Source: Zootoca vivipara (taxonomy: Eukaryota). From it: a stretch of 64,000 nucleotides of DNA. The position numbers and the translations under genes were made by a program. The stretch lies in contig NC_083292.1 in NCBI RefSeq assembly GCF_963506605.1, positions 31,062,001-31,126,000 of the forward strand, given 5' to 3'. Positions 26,427 to 41,000 of this stretch are shown here, in pieces; positions within the stretch are counted from its first letter, which is position 1, and every line of letters begins with the position of its first letter. The notes under the pieces were generated by a model. It did not search any database, was not told where the DNA came from, and saw only the letters and a program-made list of their open reading frames with translations.

Positions 26427-26967
26427 GGGGAGCGGGGGGGGGGAGGCGGGTTTGTGGGGCACTGATGCAAAGACCCAGGAATCACTACTGATGTAGGACA
26501 GGTTTCTATGAAGGAGCAGGGATCGGGCACACACGGTATTTTAAGCACCAACACCCCATTCCCCAGACTGTAGGAAAACCCAGCTTTATTTCTTTTAGCC
26601 ATTTGGGTGGAGGTGGGGGCTGGGTTGGCTCTTGTTGCTGGCATCTCGGTCCTGATGCTTAAGCTCTCCCCCTCCTTCCCCAGCCCCCCCTCTGCCCCCA
26701 CGCCCACCCTGGGTACTTAACCGGTAGTATACGGAGAACTCTTGGCACTTTAATTTACTCGGATTGAGGAGAGGGGCGGGCTCAGTTTTATCTGTGATGT
26801 CATTATTTAAACGAATTCTGGTCAAATGTGTCTGCGGGGCGGGGCTGGGGGTTTCCTCCTCTCCCCCCCCCTTCCCATGAGCTGGTAGCGGCAGTGTTTT
26901 GGAGTAGCCTTTTGTTATTTGCTAGACATGCTGCAGTTTTGGTGCTATTCCATTCCCCCCACTTAAC

Positions 26968-26973
26968 AATAAA
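26968..26973 (+). terminator. Candidate GPR137 polyadenylation signal
   Basis: AATAAA ~540 nt after the stop, followed by GT-rich sequence. Confidence 0.5.
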
Positions 26974-29057
26974 GTCCACTTTGTGTTAGCGACATTGCGT
27001 GTGGTTTTCTGTAGTTGTGCTGCGGCGAAAATGGGGGAACCTCTCTCTGGCTTTTCAAATGTTGCAGTCCAGGCGGGTTGGGGATTAATGGGTATCAGAG
27101 CCCCGTCTTGAGGGCTACATTCCCCCCCCCCATTCCTTTGAACAAAATTACTTTTTCCAAGCATTCTTACGCATAAAAACATAGCAAAATAAGTGCCATG
27201 GAACAGGTGAATCCGTTTATTTTACAACATTGATATACTATTTGATTGTAACAAAACCTCAGGGTGGGTTTGCAGAAAGAATAAATAAAATTATCGGTAA
27301 AAGACAAGTATTTGAAACATTCAAACACCTATTAAAGTCAACAACAAGGTAAAACCAGATTAAAAAACGTGACAAAATATTTCTTTTCTTTTTGGTAAAT
27401 GTTGGATCTGTAAAGTATCCAGGTCATTCTCTCACACACAAACCCCAACCCCAAAATAAAATGTGCACAGGCATTCTGGCTTTCTATTGGAAAGTATGGG
27501 TTTTTGCTGTCCATTGTGGATAAGTGGAAGATTTATCTCCCCCCCCCCTAAACATGGTGAGAGGGAGGAAACCTTTAAACTGGTTGTGGAGGGGAACACT
27601 GGCTCGCGTACCTGAACATAATTGGACTCTGCATGTGTGAGCCGATACATGGGGGTTCAATCCTGCTTCCTGCAGGGTTCAGGCATGCCAGGTGGGCACC
27701 TGAACTGAGCAGAATTGAACTCCTCTCCCCACTAGCTGATACATGGAGTGTTTTCAGACCTGCTTTCTGCAGCTAGCCTTGTGTGCCAGTAGAAGAGGTC
27801 TCCTTGTTTTAAATCTTTGGCGAAAGAGCCTGTGCTTCCAATGAAAGCAAAAACTGCCAGGAGCACTCCTTGGCCCCCATGTCACTGGCTGCTTTTTCCT
27901 CTTCCGGTTTGGACTTAAGTAGAGAGAGCGGAGCTACAGCCCCTGTTCACTGCTTTTGGAAGACACCCTTCACTCGACACACACCGTAATGGCATCCAGA
28001 AGGCACAGTTTGCCAATGGTGGCCGGCAGGGTGGGTAGGGCGGAAGGCAGGGAGCCTGCCACTAGGTGGAGCCAGAGCCAATGACAAGCAGAACCAACTA
28101 ATGCTAGTTTTGTCCCCGTTCTCCCTCCTGAGTTCCATAAGGGGCGACGCTGAGACTAAGGAGGAAGCTGGCAAACAGGGCCAGCCTGAAGAAGACTGGT
28201 TGTAAAAAGTTAGGAAGGTGTTAGGAAGGAGTTCACTCGAATGACTGCACAACCTCCACTGCAATCCACACCTGAATCGTACAGAGGCAAAGCCACTGTA
28301 AAGTGATATATGGGCTGCTTAAACTCTGCTTCTGATTGAAGGCCTCTGTAGGGCTTGAAACTCCACCCCTAATGTGCAGGAGGCGGGGCTTGGGAAATCA
28401 TGGATGAAGCCTGTTGAAGCAGGAGAGTTTAGTAGCCCTAATTCTTTGCACAAGAATTTCTCTCTTTTGAGTGGAGGTTTAATGCCCCACTCTGCTGATT
28501 CCCCTCTGTGTGTTCTTGTTTTTTAAAGAGCATTTGATGCCCGCCTTGATCTTCCTCATTTTTGCACGCTCCTAGAAGGGAGGAGAAAAGGAAGATTGCA
28601 TGAGAATGTTAAGCAGGGCAAGCTGGAAAAATCAGGAGGATTAAATTTTTAGACTGCCGGGGAAGGCTGAGGTCTGGCCCAGTGGGAAAATTAAAATCGC
28701 CCGACTGTGTGCTCTTAATCCCCCCACCCCACCCTGAGACCAGTTTAAAAACTCCTTTCCCTAGAGATCCCAATAAGGTGGCGATTAGTGGAAGCCCTGA
28801 GATTTAGCTGCTGCTTTTCGAAACGGGGGGTCTTTGCCATGCCCTCCAGCCTTAGGTGGAGGCTGACCTGTTCCTGCCCGGCCGGCTGCACAGGAAAGTA
28901 TCCTGGCAGCTCCTCTGCATGACGCCGCTGTAAGCCCTGGCTGGCTTTTTAATCCCACCAATCTGTCCTTGGGAGGCCAGAGAGAGACCTGGTTGGGGGG
29001 AGAAACGGAAGCCTTTCATGAGCCGGGCCCTGACAGGAGCACCTCCAGAGAAGTACC

Positions 29058-32000
29058 ATGAGCTGGCCAGGCGAGGAATGGAAGGTGGGGCTGCCGTCCC
29101 GGGCCTTGCGGGCCATCGCCGAGGTGGAGCAGCGGCTGGAGCGCCTGCAGAAGGAGCGGCAGCAGAAGCAGGTGCAGCTGGACACCCTCGAGGCCATGAT
29201 GCACAAACAGAGGCAGAAGGTAATTGCAGGGGCCGTGGGGCAGGGAGCTCGTACCTGGCAAGAGTCTCCCATCCTCTGGACACATCTGCCATGCAAGGGG
29301 TTTTCTGTGGTTCCGGTTTGAGGCTTCCATTTGTTATCATAACAATAATGCAGACACCCCCCCCAAGTGTCCCTATTCTCCAGGGAAGATCCCGGATTTA
29401 CAGAATCCATCCCGGTTTCTGATTTGTTCCCAGAATGTCCCGCTTTCCCTTAGGATGTCCCAATTCTCATTGGAGAAATGTTGGACGGTGTGCAGTTATG
29501 TGATCTCTGAGTCAAGGAGATAAGTAACTATACAACCTTTAAAAGACATCTGAAGGCAGCCCTGTATAGGGAAGTTTTTTAACGTTCAATGTTTTATTAT
29601 GTTTTTATATATGTTGGAAGCTGCCCAGAGGGGCTGAGGCAACCCATTCAGATGAGCAAAGTATAAATAATAAAATTGTTATTATTATGGAACAGGGCAT
29701 CCCAATTTTCACTGGAAAATTTTGGAGGGTATTTATACTCTCCAAATTTATTATTTGTACCCTGCCTGTCTGACTGGATTGCCCCAGCCACCCTGGGTGG
29801 CTTCCAACAGAGTATAAAAGAACACAACAAAACATCAGACATAAAAAACTTCCGGATACAGTGGTACCTTGGTTTAAGAACAACTTAGTTTATGAAAAAC
29901 GTGGATTAAGAATGCTGCAAACCCGGAAGTAGGTGTTTTGGTTTGTGAACTTTGCCTTGGAAGCAGAACATGTTCCGCTTCCTGTTGAGTGTGTTCCATT
30001 TGTAAATTGAGTCCTCCGCTGCTATGGGAAAGCACACCTTGGTTTAAGAACGCTTTGGTTTAGGAACGGACTTCCGGAACAGATTAAGTTCGTAAACCAA
30101 GGTACCACTGTACAGGGCTGCCTTCAAATGTCTTCAGAAAGTCATGTAGTTGTTTATTTCCTTGACTTCTGATGGAAGGGCGTTCTACGGGGCAGGTGCC
30201 ACTACCGAGAAGGCCCTCTGCCTGGTTCCCTGTAACTTCCCTTCTTGCAGTGGGGGAACCGCCAGAAGGCCCTCGGCGCTGGACCTCAGTGTCTGGGCTG
30301 AGTGATGGGGGTGGAGACGCTCCTTCAGGTATACAGGGCCGAGGCCGTTTAGGGCTTTAAAGGTCAGCACCAGCACTTTGTATTAATCCAGAGGTGGGGA
30401 ACCTTAGGCCTGCAGGTCAAATGTGGCCCCCAGGCATCTTTCTCTGGCTCTCAGGAATCAGGCTGTATGATATACTCAGCTCCACCCCCTCATCGGTCCT
30501 CCTTTTTTCCCCTGGCTGGCATGTGACCTTGAACTCTGACATTGCCTCTTGCTTGTCTGGCTGGAAGATAGAGGAAAGTGTGTGTGTGTGTGTAAGGTAG
30601 CTGGGATTTTTGTGGCCCTTGATCGGGGGGGGGGGGAATTCCCCTCCCTGAAAACTTTCAAATGTACGCAGTTTATTTTTGTTCGAGCACCTGGGTCATG
30701 GAACTTATACAGTGCTTTTGGGGTGTGCTTCAGAGCTATCCTTACAACAACCCTGTAAGGTAGAACAACATTATTCCCCTCCCTGTTCACTGCAGACACG
30801 CTGCATAGAGTTCCTAGCCCAGAGCGGCCATGGGTCCTACTTTAAAGAGGATGGTCCTCTGTTCTGTTTAAAGACGAAGAGCCTTTAGAACAGGCATGTC
30901 AAACCTGCGGCCCTCCAGATGTTTTGGACTACAATTCCCATCTTCCCCAACCACTGGTCCTGCTAGCTAGGGATCATGGGAGTTGTAGGCCAAAACATCT
31001 GGAGGGCCGCAGGTTTGACATGCCTGCTTTAGAACAAAGAGCACTTGGGAGGTTACTTATCAATAGTCAGCAACTGAGCAAGCCACCTTCAAGACTGCTG
31101 GGGTGCTGAGGCTAAGAAATAATTTGCTTCTAATCTCCTGTGAGCTATGAGGGAGCTGATGTTTGAACCAAACGCAAAACTTATACCATTAACCCAGCCT
31201 TTGCCAACTTGGCGCCTTCCAGAGGTTGTTGGACTACAACTCCCATCAGCCCCAGCCAGAACAGATGGGAACTGTACTCCAACAACTTGTGGAGGGCATC
31301 AGTTGCCGATGGCTGCATTAACCAATATGCCGTCTTGGCTCTTATTCTGCATAGCACTTATGTATTGCTGTTCCCATATGTTCAATTTATGTTGCATACA
31401 CAATTTCAGAGTTCTTGCACGGACCCTGCAAGGTAGGCCAGTGTGGTTATTGCCCCATAGCTCAGGGGTAGAGGATGAAGCCCAGGCCAATTTGCAGATC
31501 CTGGGCTGACTGGAGATTTGCAGTCAGCGAAAGAAGGGTATGAATCTTTTTAAGTTTTCGAAAATTATCAAAAAGCAAGCTTCTAGCTCTCGTGATACTG
31601 GAGAAAAACTCAGGATTATGTCTATAATCTGTGTGCTTTCTTGGCAAATAAAAAAACCAGACTGCAAGCTGGGAAAAAGCACTGGAAGTGCAATAAACCA
31701 GGGGAAACAATGCAGTATCTTTATATGGATCATGAAACTTGATTATTTTTTTAGCGGGGAGTGTTCAGAATGTACCCAGCTGACTCACATTTTGGAGCAA
31801 GGAATATCACTACACTACAATATATAGGCAGGATGTGCAGCAGGAGTGGGGAACCTTTTTCGGTCCGAGGTCCACATTCCCTTCTGGCCAACCTTCTGAG
31901 GGCCGCATGCTAATTGTGGGTGGGGCCCTAGACAAAAGTGGGTGGAGCAAGGAATGCAAATATTACATACAACCCTACACACCTTTCTGTGCTCCATCCA

Positions 32001-35000
32001 AAGAAGCAAGAGGCACGAACAGAGTTCAAGGGCACATTCCAGGCAGGCAGAAACAAGTTGTGTGTGCAAAGGATGGGTATGTGGCTCAGAAAGATTCCTG
32101 AGGGCCAGATAGAGAGCCTTGGAGGGCCACATCCCTGATGTACAACCAACATTGGTTTGCACCCAACAGAGTTTGCACTGAACTGAAATTGGGTGACGCA
32201 TTTTCATTCATTTCGACAGGTCTCCTCTGAGCAGGGCTGGATTGGAGCTGTGATTCCTCCATTGCCGGGGGCTGGACTAGATGTCCCTTGGGTGCCTTCC
32301 AGCTCTACAATTCTATGATTCCGTGGACACAAACCACCTTGCTTTTTTTGGTTTTGTTTTAATGCGGCTCATCTCTTGCTGTTCTTTGCAGCACGAAGAG
32401 GAACGGGCCTCGTGGGCCCTTCTCTCTCAGGAGAACAGGAGTCTGGCCGAGGCGTGTGAGCAAGTGGAGCGTAGCCGTCAGCGGTTGGCGCAGGAGCTGC
32501 AAGCCAAAGAAGCCCAGCTGAGCTGCCTGGAGGCTCAGCTCGCTCAGGCCACCCGACGCCAAACGGAACTGGAAGAAGAGCTGCGTAGGTACAGTGCAGG
32601 AAACGTTGCTGGGATTCGTGGGGTCGGTGGGTTTGGCGTCACACGGACAGAGGCGAAAGCAGCAGTCTGTGCCCCTCGGGTTTGCAGGCTTGTCGGGTGG
32701 AAGCAGAATTCAGTAGCCAGGTGCAGGGATCCTAGGAACAACTTTTAAAATAACAAAACAAGTTTCTAGACCTGAAGGCCGTGAAGGAAGGGGGGGGCGC
32801 CATGCTTGATGAAATCGCAGAAGTCCGAGGGAAGGAGCTATGCTGGATTTCCATGGCTCAAAGGACAGGGCTTCAGTGTCCTAGACAGCCGTTTGGTCTG
32901 CCTGGTGCTTACAGGAGCAGAAGAAATTATAGCACAGTCAGCAGATATATGCAGATTAGTTTGATTTCCATAAATCTGTGCAGGTGGCAAAATCTCTGAG
33001 CTTCCTTTGGTAAATAAAAGCTGGCGTTTGGAGCATGCAAAATGCTCTGTGTACATTCGCTCAGTAAGTCTTACAACAACCCTGTAAGGTAGGACTCTTG
33101 CATTATGGTTCAGGGTGGGTGGGGGTTAAAATGGAAAACATGCAGCCAAGCACCTTCTTCAAAACAGTGGCCAATTAGACAGGGAATCGGAGGTATACGT
33201 CTCCCAACAGTGGCATAGCCATTGTGGCTAGTACCCAGTGATAGCAATGGGTTTGTCTAATACTTTTTAAAAAACCCTCCAAGCAGGTGACCACCACAAA
33301 ACCTTCATTCATTCATTCATTCATTCATTCATTCATACCCCACCCATCTGATTCAATTGCCATAGCCACTTCAGGTGACTTCTTTGTCAAGGACAAAACA
33401 AAAAGCCTGATGGAGAGTTTATACCAGGCATCCCCAAACTGCGGCCCTCCAGATGTTTTGGCCTACAACTCCCATGATCCCTAGTTAACAGGATCAGTGG
33501 TCGGGGAGGATGGAAATTGTAGTCCAAAACATCTGGAGGGCCGAAGTTTGCGGATGCCTGGTTTATACCCTCCAACATTTCTCTGATGAAAATAAAGGTA
33601 AAGGGGCCCCTGACCATCAGGTCCAGTCGTGTCCGACTCTGGGGTTGCGGCGCTCATCTCGCTCTATAGGCCGAGGGAGCCGGCGTTTGTCCGCAGACAG
33701 CTTCCAGGTCATGTGGCCAGCATGACAAAGCTGCTTCTGGCGAACCAGAGCAGCGCACGGAAACGCCGTTTACCTTCCCGCCGGAGCGGTCCCTATTTAT
33801 CTACTTGCACTTTGATGTGCTTTCGAACTGCTAGGTGGGCAGGAGCTGCGACCAAGCAACGGGAGCTCACCCTGTTGCAGGGATTCGAACCGCCGACCTT
33901 CTGATCAGCAAGCCCTAGACTCTGTGTTTTAACCCACAGCGCCACCTGGGTCCCAGGTGAAAATAGTGAAATGATGAAAATAGTGACGTCCTATTCCTAT
34001 TCCATCGTCATCATCATGTTACTGTTCATACCTCATCTGACTGGATTGCCTCAGCCACTCTGAGTGGCTTCCAACATATATAAAAACACAATTAAACATT
34101 AAAAAAAACTTCCCTAACCAGGGCTGCCTTCAGATGGCTCAGGGGTCAGATAACTCCATAAGCTCCAACATTTCTCTGATGAAAATAGGGACGTCCTAAG
34201 GAAAAGCAGAGCCTAGGGCTTGCCGATCAGAAGGTTGGCAGTTCGAATCCCCGCGACGGGGTGAGCTCCCGTTGCTCGGTCCCTGCTCCTGCCAACCTAG
34301 CAGCTCGAAAGCACGTCAAAGTGCAAGTAGATAAATAGGTACCGCTCCGGCGGAAAGGTAAACGGCGTTTCCGTGTGCTGCTCTGGTTCGCCAGAAGCGG
34401 CTTTGTCATACTGGCCACATGACCTGGAAGCTCCCTTGGCCAATAACGCGAGATGAGCGCCGCAACCCCAAAGTCGGTCACGGCTGGACCTAATGGTCAG
34501 GGGTCCCTTTACCTTTTAAGGAAAAGCAGGACATTCCGGCATCAAATCAGAAACCAGGATGGCTTTTGTAAATCTGGGACTGCCCCTGAAAATAGGGATA
34601 CTTAGAGGGTCTAAGTGTTTGAGGGATGCTTTGCTACCCCAAGCCAAATTCCAACGTATTTTGGGGTCATATAATGCCCCTAAACAAAATACGTTGGGAC
34701 AATAGATTTGAACTTCTTAAGTTCTACTTTCCTGGATCAGTTCTTTATTTGGAGCATCCCATGAAACAAAAAAGCAAAAAAAAAAGCTGGTACATTCCAT
34801 TGGCTGGAGTAAAAAGTTCCCCAGGTACAGGATCTCACTGCAGACTGGTACACACAGGTACACTGCCTATGACCATGGAGGATCTCCTTTCTCCTGTTTC
34901 CTTCTCTCTGCCTCCCTCCAGGTGCCAAATCGAACTGGACAAGCTGCAGTCGCAGTCCCACTTGGCCCTCCTGCCCCCCCGCTGGGGTTCCTCCACGCCG

Positions 35001-38000
35001 TGGGCCGAAGGTAAGAAACCGGAAGCTGAGGAAAGGGCACAGGGTCCTCTTAGGCCAAGCCTGCAAGCAAGAGGCGCCTCTTCCTACGTCCGGGGATTAG
35101 AAGCTTTGCCAGATGGAGGTGGAATTAGCGGCTGAAGAGTCACGGGAAAGAGTCAAGGCAGTGTCTGTGACTTCGTGGCGGGGGGGGGGGGGGGAGAGAA
35201 GGGCTTGTCAGTTGAGGGATTTAGATTTAGATTTATTTAGGGCATTTGTACCCCCACTCTTCACCCAAAAAGGCTCCCACAAAGCCTTGCATACAGGACC
35301 GTCCCTGCCCACAGGCTTTACAATATGAAAACAAGACAAAACACGACACACAAGGGAAAAGGGACACGGAGGGAAGAGGAAAATCAAAACTCTGGTGGCT
35401 TGGAGATGGGGCGGTAGTCCACAGCGGAGTAGTTTTGCTCGTGTCTATATAACCTACTACCACAGGTAGGCTTTATTCAGTCTGCAGGCCCAAATTGGTT
35501 CCCCAGGCAACCAGTTCTCCCTCTGTTCTCTAGGTGCCATCGAGGCCAAAGCAGAGCTTAGCAGGACCCTTGCAGCCGGAGCAAGTGTGAGTATTGCTTT
35601 AATCTGGCTTTGGAACAGCCATCGCCAACTGGTGCCCTCCAGGCGTTTTGGACTCTGGCTCCCATCAGCCAGCGCTGGTTGAATCCGATGGGACTTGTAG
35701 TCTAGGACACCTGAAAGGCTTCAGATTGGCAGAGTCTGCTTTTAAAGCTGGTCTTTCTCTTACTCATTTCCCACTTTCCAGCAGATTCAGGATAGCAGCC
35801 CTGCTGTTAGAGGCCCCTGCGGGAAGGAGAGCCCCGCCGCCTCCTGGCAGCAAGAAGCGGCTTGTCCCAGTGCCCCACCTGGGAGCCCCATCCCCACAGA
35901 GAATGGCGAAGGGGCCCAGGCGATGGCATCGGAACTGGCATCCATGGGAGAGAGGCTGGAGAAAGAAAATCAAGGTATCGGAACGTGGTCTGTAGGTTTT
36001 TAAAAACCATGCGGCCCTCAGAATTCCGCCCGGCCCTCAGAACTCTCCCCGGACCACAATTCTCCCTGGCCTTGCTGGGAATGCGTGAGGCTTACCATGC
36101 AAACGCTGCATTTGCATCCTCACCCCACCCACTTTAGACTCTGGCCCCACCCACCATGTGGCCCTCGGAAGGGAATGTGGCCCTCGGGGTGGAAACGGTT
36201 CCCCACCGCTGCCTGAGCAGCTTTTCCTTTTCCCTCCTCTGCCATTCAGAGTTGAGACTCGCTCTTGGCAAAGCGGAAACCCGGATGCAAGAAAAGGAAA
36301 GGGAACTATGGAATTTGCAGGGGCAGCTGGAGTTGATCCGAGCTGAGCTGGCTCAGTGGAAGAAGCAGCGAGGCGGCCAGACGGAGGTGAGTAGGCATGA
36401 GACTCTACATTTCAGGATCACGGGCTCGAGCCCCACGTTGAGCAAAAGGTTTCTGCACTGCAGGGGGTTGGACTAGATGACCATCAGGGTCCCTTCCAAC
36501 TTAAGGTTGACTTAAGGCTGAGCACACAGCTCCAGTGCCAGCCTTTGTCTATGCCATGGTGGCCTGCTTGACCAAACCTCTGGTGTTGAGGCTCTGGGAG
36601 GGGTCTATGCTACTGTTGCCCGGCTGACCAAAGCTCTGGGTCTTGCAAAACCAGGCTGGCAGCAGACTCATACGTTTTGGTGAGACCCTGGTGGGCCATA
36701 TTGTGGAACAAACTGGTATGGTAGTCCAAATTTGCCACATCCACACAGAGAGGGCAGCAGTGGGAGAAAGGGCAGGATGTGGGTGATTGCAGCCTATAAG
36801 TATCTAATCCCAACCGAATTTATGCACACATCTGTGTGGCTCCTTTTAAGAAATACTATTATTAGGCAGGGCTTTTTGTGGGAGGGGTACGTAAAGACAC
36901 TAAACCTGCATGGTTCCAAAGGCGGAAAGGCATCCTCATGTCCTCTCCGAGGGGCGCTGTTAGTTTCGCTTTTTAACTGTGCATGTGCCTCACCGTAATG
37001 GCCTCTTTTGTCTCCACAAGCAACCCTGTGAGGAGGGCTATTAATATTCCAAACAGAGGAAGAGCGATTGCAATACTTGCTCTAGCGGCCCCATCCAAGA
37101 GCAGTAATAGTTGAATGGGGAACTGGGCTGATTTGAATCCAGCCCTTGCCCTCCCTAGTTCGACTCTTCAATTCCTAAACAGCTCCTGTGCCTCTACCTG
37201 CCTGTCCTGTCCTGTTAGGAGTTCAGGCTTCCAGCTTGGTGGAGGAGCTTTGAGCTCCACCACCTGCTTTTCAGAAAGAGGCTTGTCTGCAAAGTGTTAG
37301 CCTCCCCTCCCCCTGCAGAAAGGGTGCATCTATTGCCCCTCACTGGGCTAGCACGGGAGGACTGTGATTATGAATTTGCAAAAGGAAAGGAAGGAAATGA
37401 CCCCCAAACCACCCTGCTCTCTCTTAAATGAGGCATCCCCCTGCCTTGTAAAAAGATAAACAAACCCACATCATGAAGTTCTGGTCCATCAGGGCAATGG
37501 TGAACTGCCCTACCAACCTCGGTCTTTGCCTCAAACAGCCCCCACCTGCCTTTCTTCTTTCTTACAGCCAGTCCAGGTGGTGGCCCTGCCTGCCAGAGTC
37601 CTCCTCCTTGGCCTCAGCGTTGCCCCTTGTAGAACTCAACAGGAAGGTGGATGGGGACCAAACTAGCTTTGGTTGGCTCTGCCTGCCATTGGCTCTGGCG
37701 CCACCTACTGGTGGGCTCCCTGCCTTCTGCCCTACCGGTTCTAATGGGCACCAGCTACTGCTGGTGTGAGAGAGAAAGGGAATCCACGACCACCCCCTAA
37801 ATCCTGGCCCCAGCTCTGCGCAAAACCATGACGAAGCAACCTTGCTGGTTGGGTATTCCCCCCCCCCCTTCCTCGTGCACCGCCTGACATGTTTTACGAG
37901 GCCCCGTGTCCTCGTTGGTTGGCCGGGCACAATTATTAGCACCATTAATTATATCGGCTGTGTTTCTTCGCAGGAAACGCTACCGAAGATAGCAGCCAGT

Positions 38001-41000
38001 GTTTCCCATCACCCACCCTCCCCTCCGGCCCCCAATCTGCAGGTGGAGAGTTTTACAAGGCTGCAGCTCATCAGCCGAGTGCCTTTTTACAAGCTTCTTC
38101 TCGGGAACAGGTCAAGGGAGTCTTGGCAGCGCTGGAGGTTGCAGGGGACGGGGCGGGGGACGGCGGCAGGCACTTTTATGCAAGATGCTGGCTGCAGAGC
38201 AGCCCGATCCAGCCTCTCCGTTGGCTGCAACACCAGCGGAACCAGCAGGGCTTCGCAATTCCTGCCTCTTTGGGAACTCCAGGCCTCCCTATGCAGTCCT
38301 CAGGGCTTTCCCCAGCCCAGGCCCCCTCCCAGTTGACACCCCTCACCAGCCTTGCTCCTCGCTGTCCTCAAAATGGTCCTGTGCTGTGCCCTTGAATTGT
38401 GACCATTCTTCAACTGCCTGGCAACAAGGTGGATAGATAGATGTGTAGATTTGGGGCCTAGACACCTCTGCCTTTCCCCTCATGGCTGTAGCGTAGCCCA
38501 TAATACAACAACACATAGGGTGCTCTTTCCTCTTAATGATGTAAGAGTCTGGCTGCTGGATCAGGCCAATGGCCCATTTATTTCAGCATCCTTCTCTCCC
38601 AATGGCCACTGGGCTATTGCTCAGGTGAGGACGTTTCAAGTGGCGTCGCAGCGGTTGACATTTATTGCCTCCCTCTAATGGATTAGAGTTCCTTTCTTTT
38701 TCTTCCGTTCCAGAGCAGCCCCCTGGAAACCAGAGGGAGCCGGCCGTCAGTCGATGTGGGAGACCTGCGCCAAAGAAGGCACCAGCAAAAGGTGGGCTAA
38801 TCTTCCTAACATATTGTTGCACGCCACCCCAATCTCTGTGCGGTGCAAATCTCCAGTAGTTTCAGGCACTTATCTGGGATTGGTGTTTACTTTTGGAAAT
38901 GAGGCATAGCTGAGACCGTGGTGTCCTTATGATATATGGTTTATTTCCACATATATACAATCCAAGCCTACAGTGGTGGGTTTTACAGCATTTGCATCCC
39001 AATAGGGTCTTGCTTCTCTCATAGCCGCAGCCTTGGATTCAAACAGAAATCAATCACGGCTCTCAAACACACTCCGGCTTGCTGCTTTACTTCCAGGTCA
39101 AATCACTGCGACTATAACGCTGGCTTCGTCCTTCTTCTAACTAACCATGAGTTTGCTGTCTTGCACAGAGCCACTTTCCTTTGTTTTCCTTAATGGCTCA
39201 TCTCCCAGGCTATCGCCTCAACACTAGGGTTGCCATGTTTCAAAAAGTAAAAACCAGGACACCCCGAAAGTTGTTGAGCTGTTTTTTATACAAAAAACAC
39301 CCCCAGAAAGAAGAGTTTTTGATTGACTTCCCTAAGATCCAGCGCCCCCGGATGTATCTAGCCTATTTCCTCCTCCCCCAAACTCATAACTATAATATAA
39401 TATAATATAGTATATAATGTAAACCATACACATGTGCTATGGGCTGCTTTCAAACAGTGAGGTCAGGCAGAACTGCAGTACCAAGAATCCTTGGGTGCAA
39501 AATAAGCAGCAATTTATGATAACGCCATCACTGATATGTCACAAAGTTAATGAAGACTTGTAGCAACCAAATCATCCAATTAAGCTGAATGTTGGATGAT
39601 TCAGGACAGGTAAACAGAAGTCCTCCTTCGTGCAGCGCAAACTATGGAACTCACTCCCACCGGAGGCAGTGATGGCCACAAACCTGTTGCTGTTTAGTCG
39701 TTTAGTCGTGTCCGACTCTTCGTGACCCCATGGACCAGAGCACGCCAGGCACTCCTGTCTTCCACTGCCTCCCGCAGTTTGGTCAGACTCATGTTTGTAG
39801 CTTCAAGAACACTGTCCAGCCATCTCGTCCTCCGTCGTCCCCTTCTCCTTGTGCCCTCAATCTTTCCCAACATCAGGGTCTTTTCCAGGGAGTCTTCTCT
39901 TCTCATGAGGTGGCCAAAGTATTGGAGCCTCAGCTTCAGGATCTGTCCTTCCAGTGAGCACTCAGGGCTGATTTCCTTCAGAATGGATAGGTTTGATCTT
40001 CTCGCAGTCCATGGGACTCTCAAGAGTCTCCTCCAGCACCATAATTCAAAAGCATCAATTCTTCGGCGATCAGCCTTCTTTATGGTCCAGCTCTCACTTC
40101 CATACATCACTACTGGGAAGACCATAGCTTTAACTATACGGACCTTTGTGGGCAAGGTGATGTCTCTGCTTTTTAAGATGCTGTCTAGGCTTGTCATCGC
40201 TTTTCTCCCAAGAAGCAGGCATCTTTTAATTTCGTGACTGCTGTCACCATCTGCAGTGATCAAGGAGCCCAAGAAAATAAAATCTCTCACTGCCTCCATT
40301 TCTTCCCCTTCTATTTGCCAGGAGGTGATGGGACCAGTGGCCATGATCTTGGTTTTTTTGATGCCACAAACCTAGATGGATTCAAAAGAGGACTAGGCAA
40401 ATTCATGGAATAGAGGCCTACTGCTCTGCCTCCGCAGCTGGAGGCAGCAATTCTTCTGAATACCAGTTGCTGGAAACCACAGGAAGGGAGAGTTCTCTTG
40501 TGCTTGGGTCCTGGTAGCAGGTTGTCCACAGGCACCTGACTGGCCGCTGTGAGACCAGGATGCTGGTCTCTCTTTTTAAGTTCTTGGCAGTGGCTGTATA
40601 AGGTCCTCAGGCAGAGAGAATTCCCTTTAAGACTTCTTTAAATTGTGATTGAAGCAGGAACCTTCTGCACACAGAGCAGGTATTCTGCCACAGAACTGCC
40701 GCTTCTCCATGTTTTTGAATTTTTAAAAAATGTACAAGCAGCTCCCCATTTACATACATTCAAGGCACAAGCAACTGCGCATGTGCACATCGCTGCGAAC
40801 CTGGAAGTGGCACGGAAAGGGGCAAAAGCGGCCCTAAGAGAGTGCGAAAATGGCAGAAATGGTGCAAAAACAGCGCCTAGCAATCCCAGGAACCTTTGCA
40901 CCGACCATTGAGGCCTGTGGAGAGTTGAGGTTAGGTAAAGAGAATGGCATTAATGTCAGACCTGCAGACACTCGTGCTTGCTTATAGAGAATGAGTCATG

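Noticed and set aside
35113-35157. Possible extra exon MEVELAAEESRERVK
   Set aside because: Phase-1 entry from the 35011 donor hits a stop, and no canonical GT donor follows.
35960-35974. KEN sequence (EKENQ) as an APC/C degron
   Set aside because: It lies in a predicted coiled coil; a three-residue match is expected by chance.
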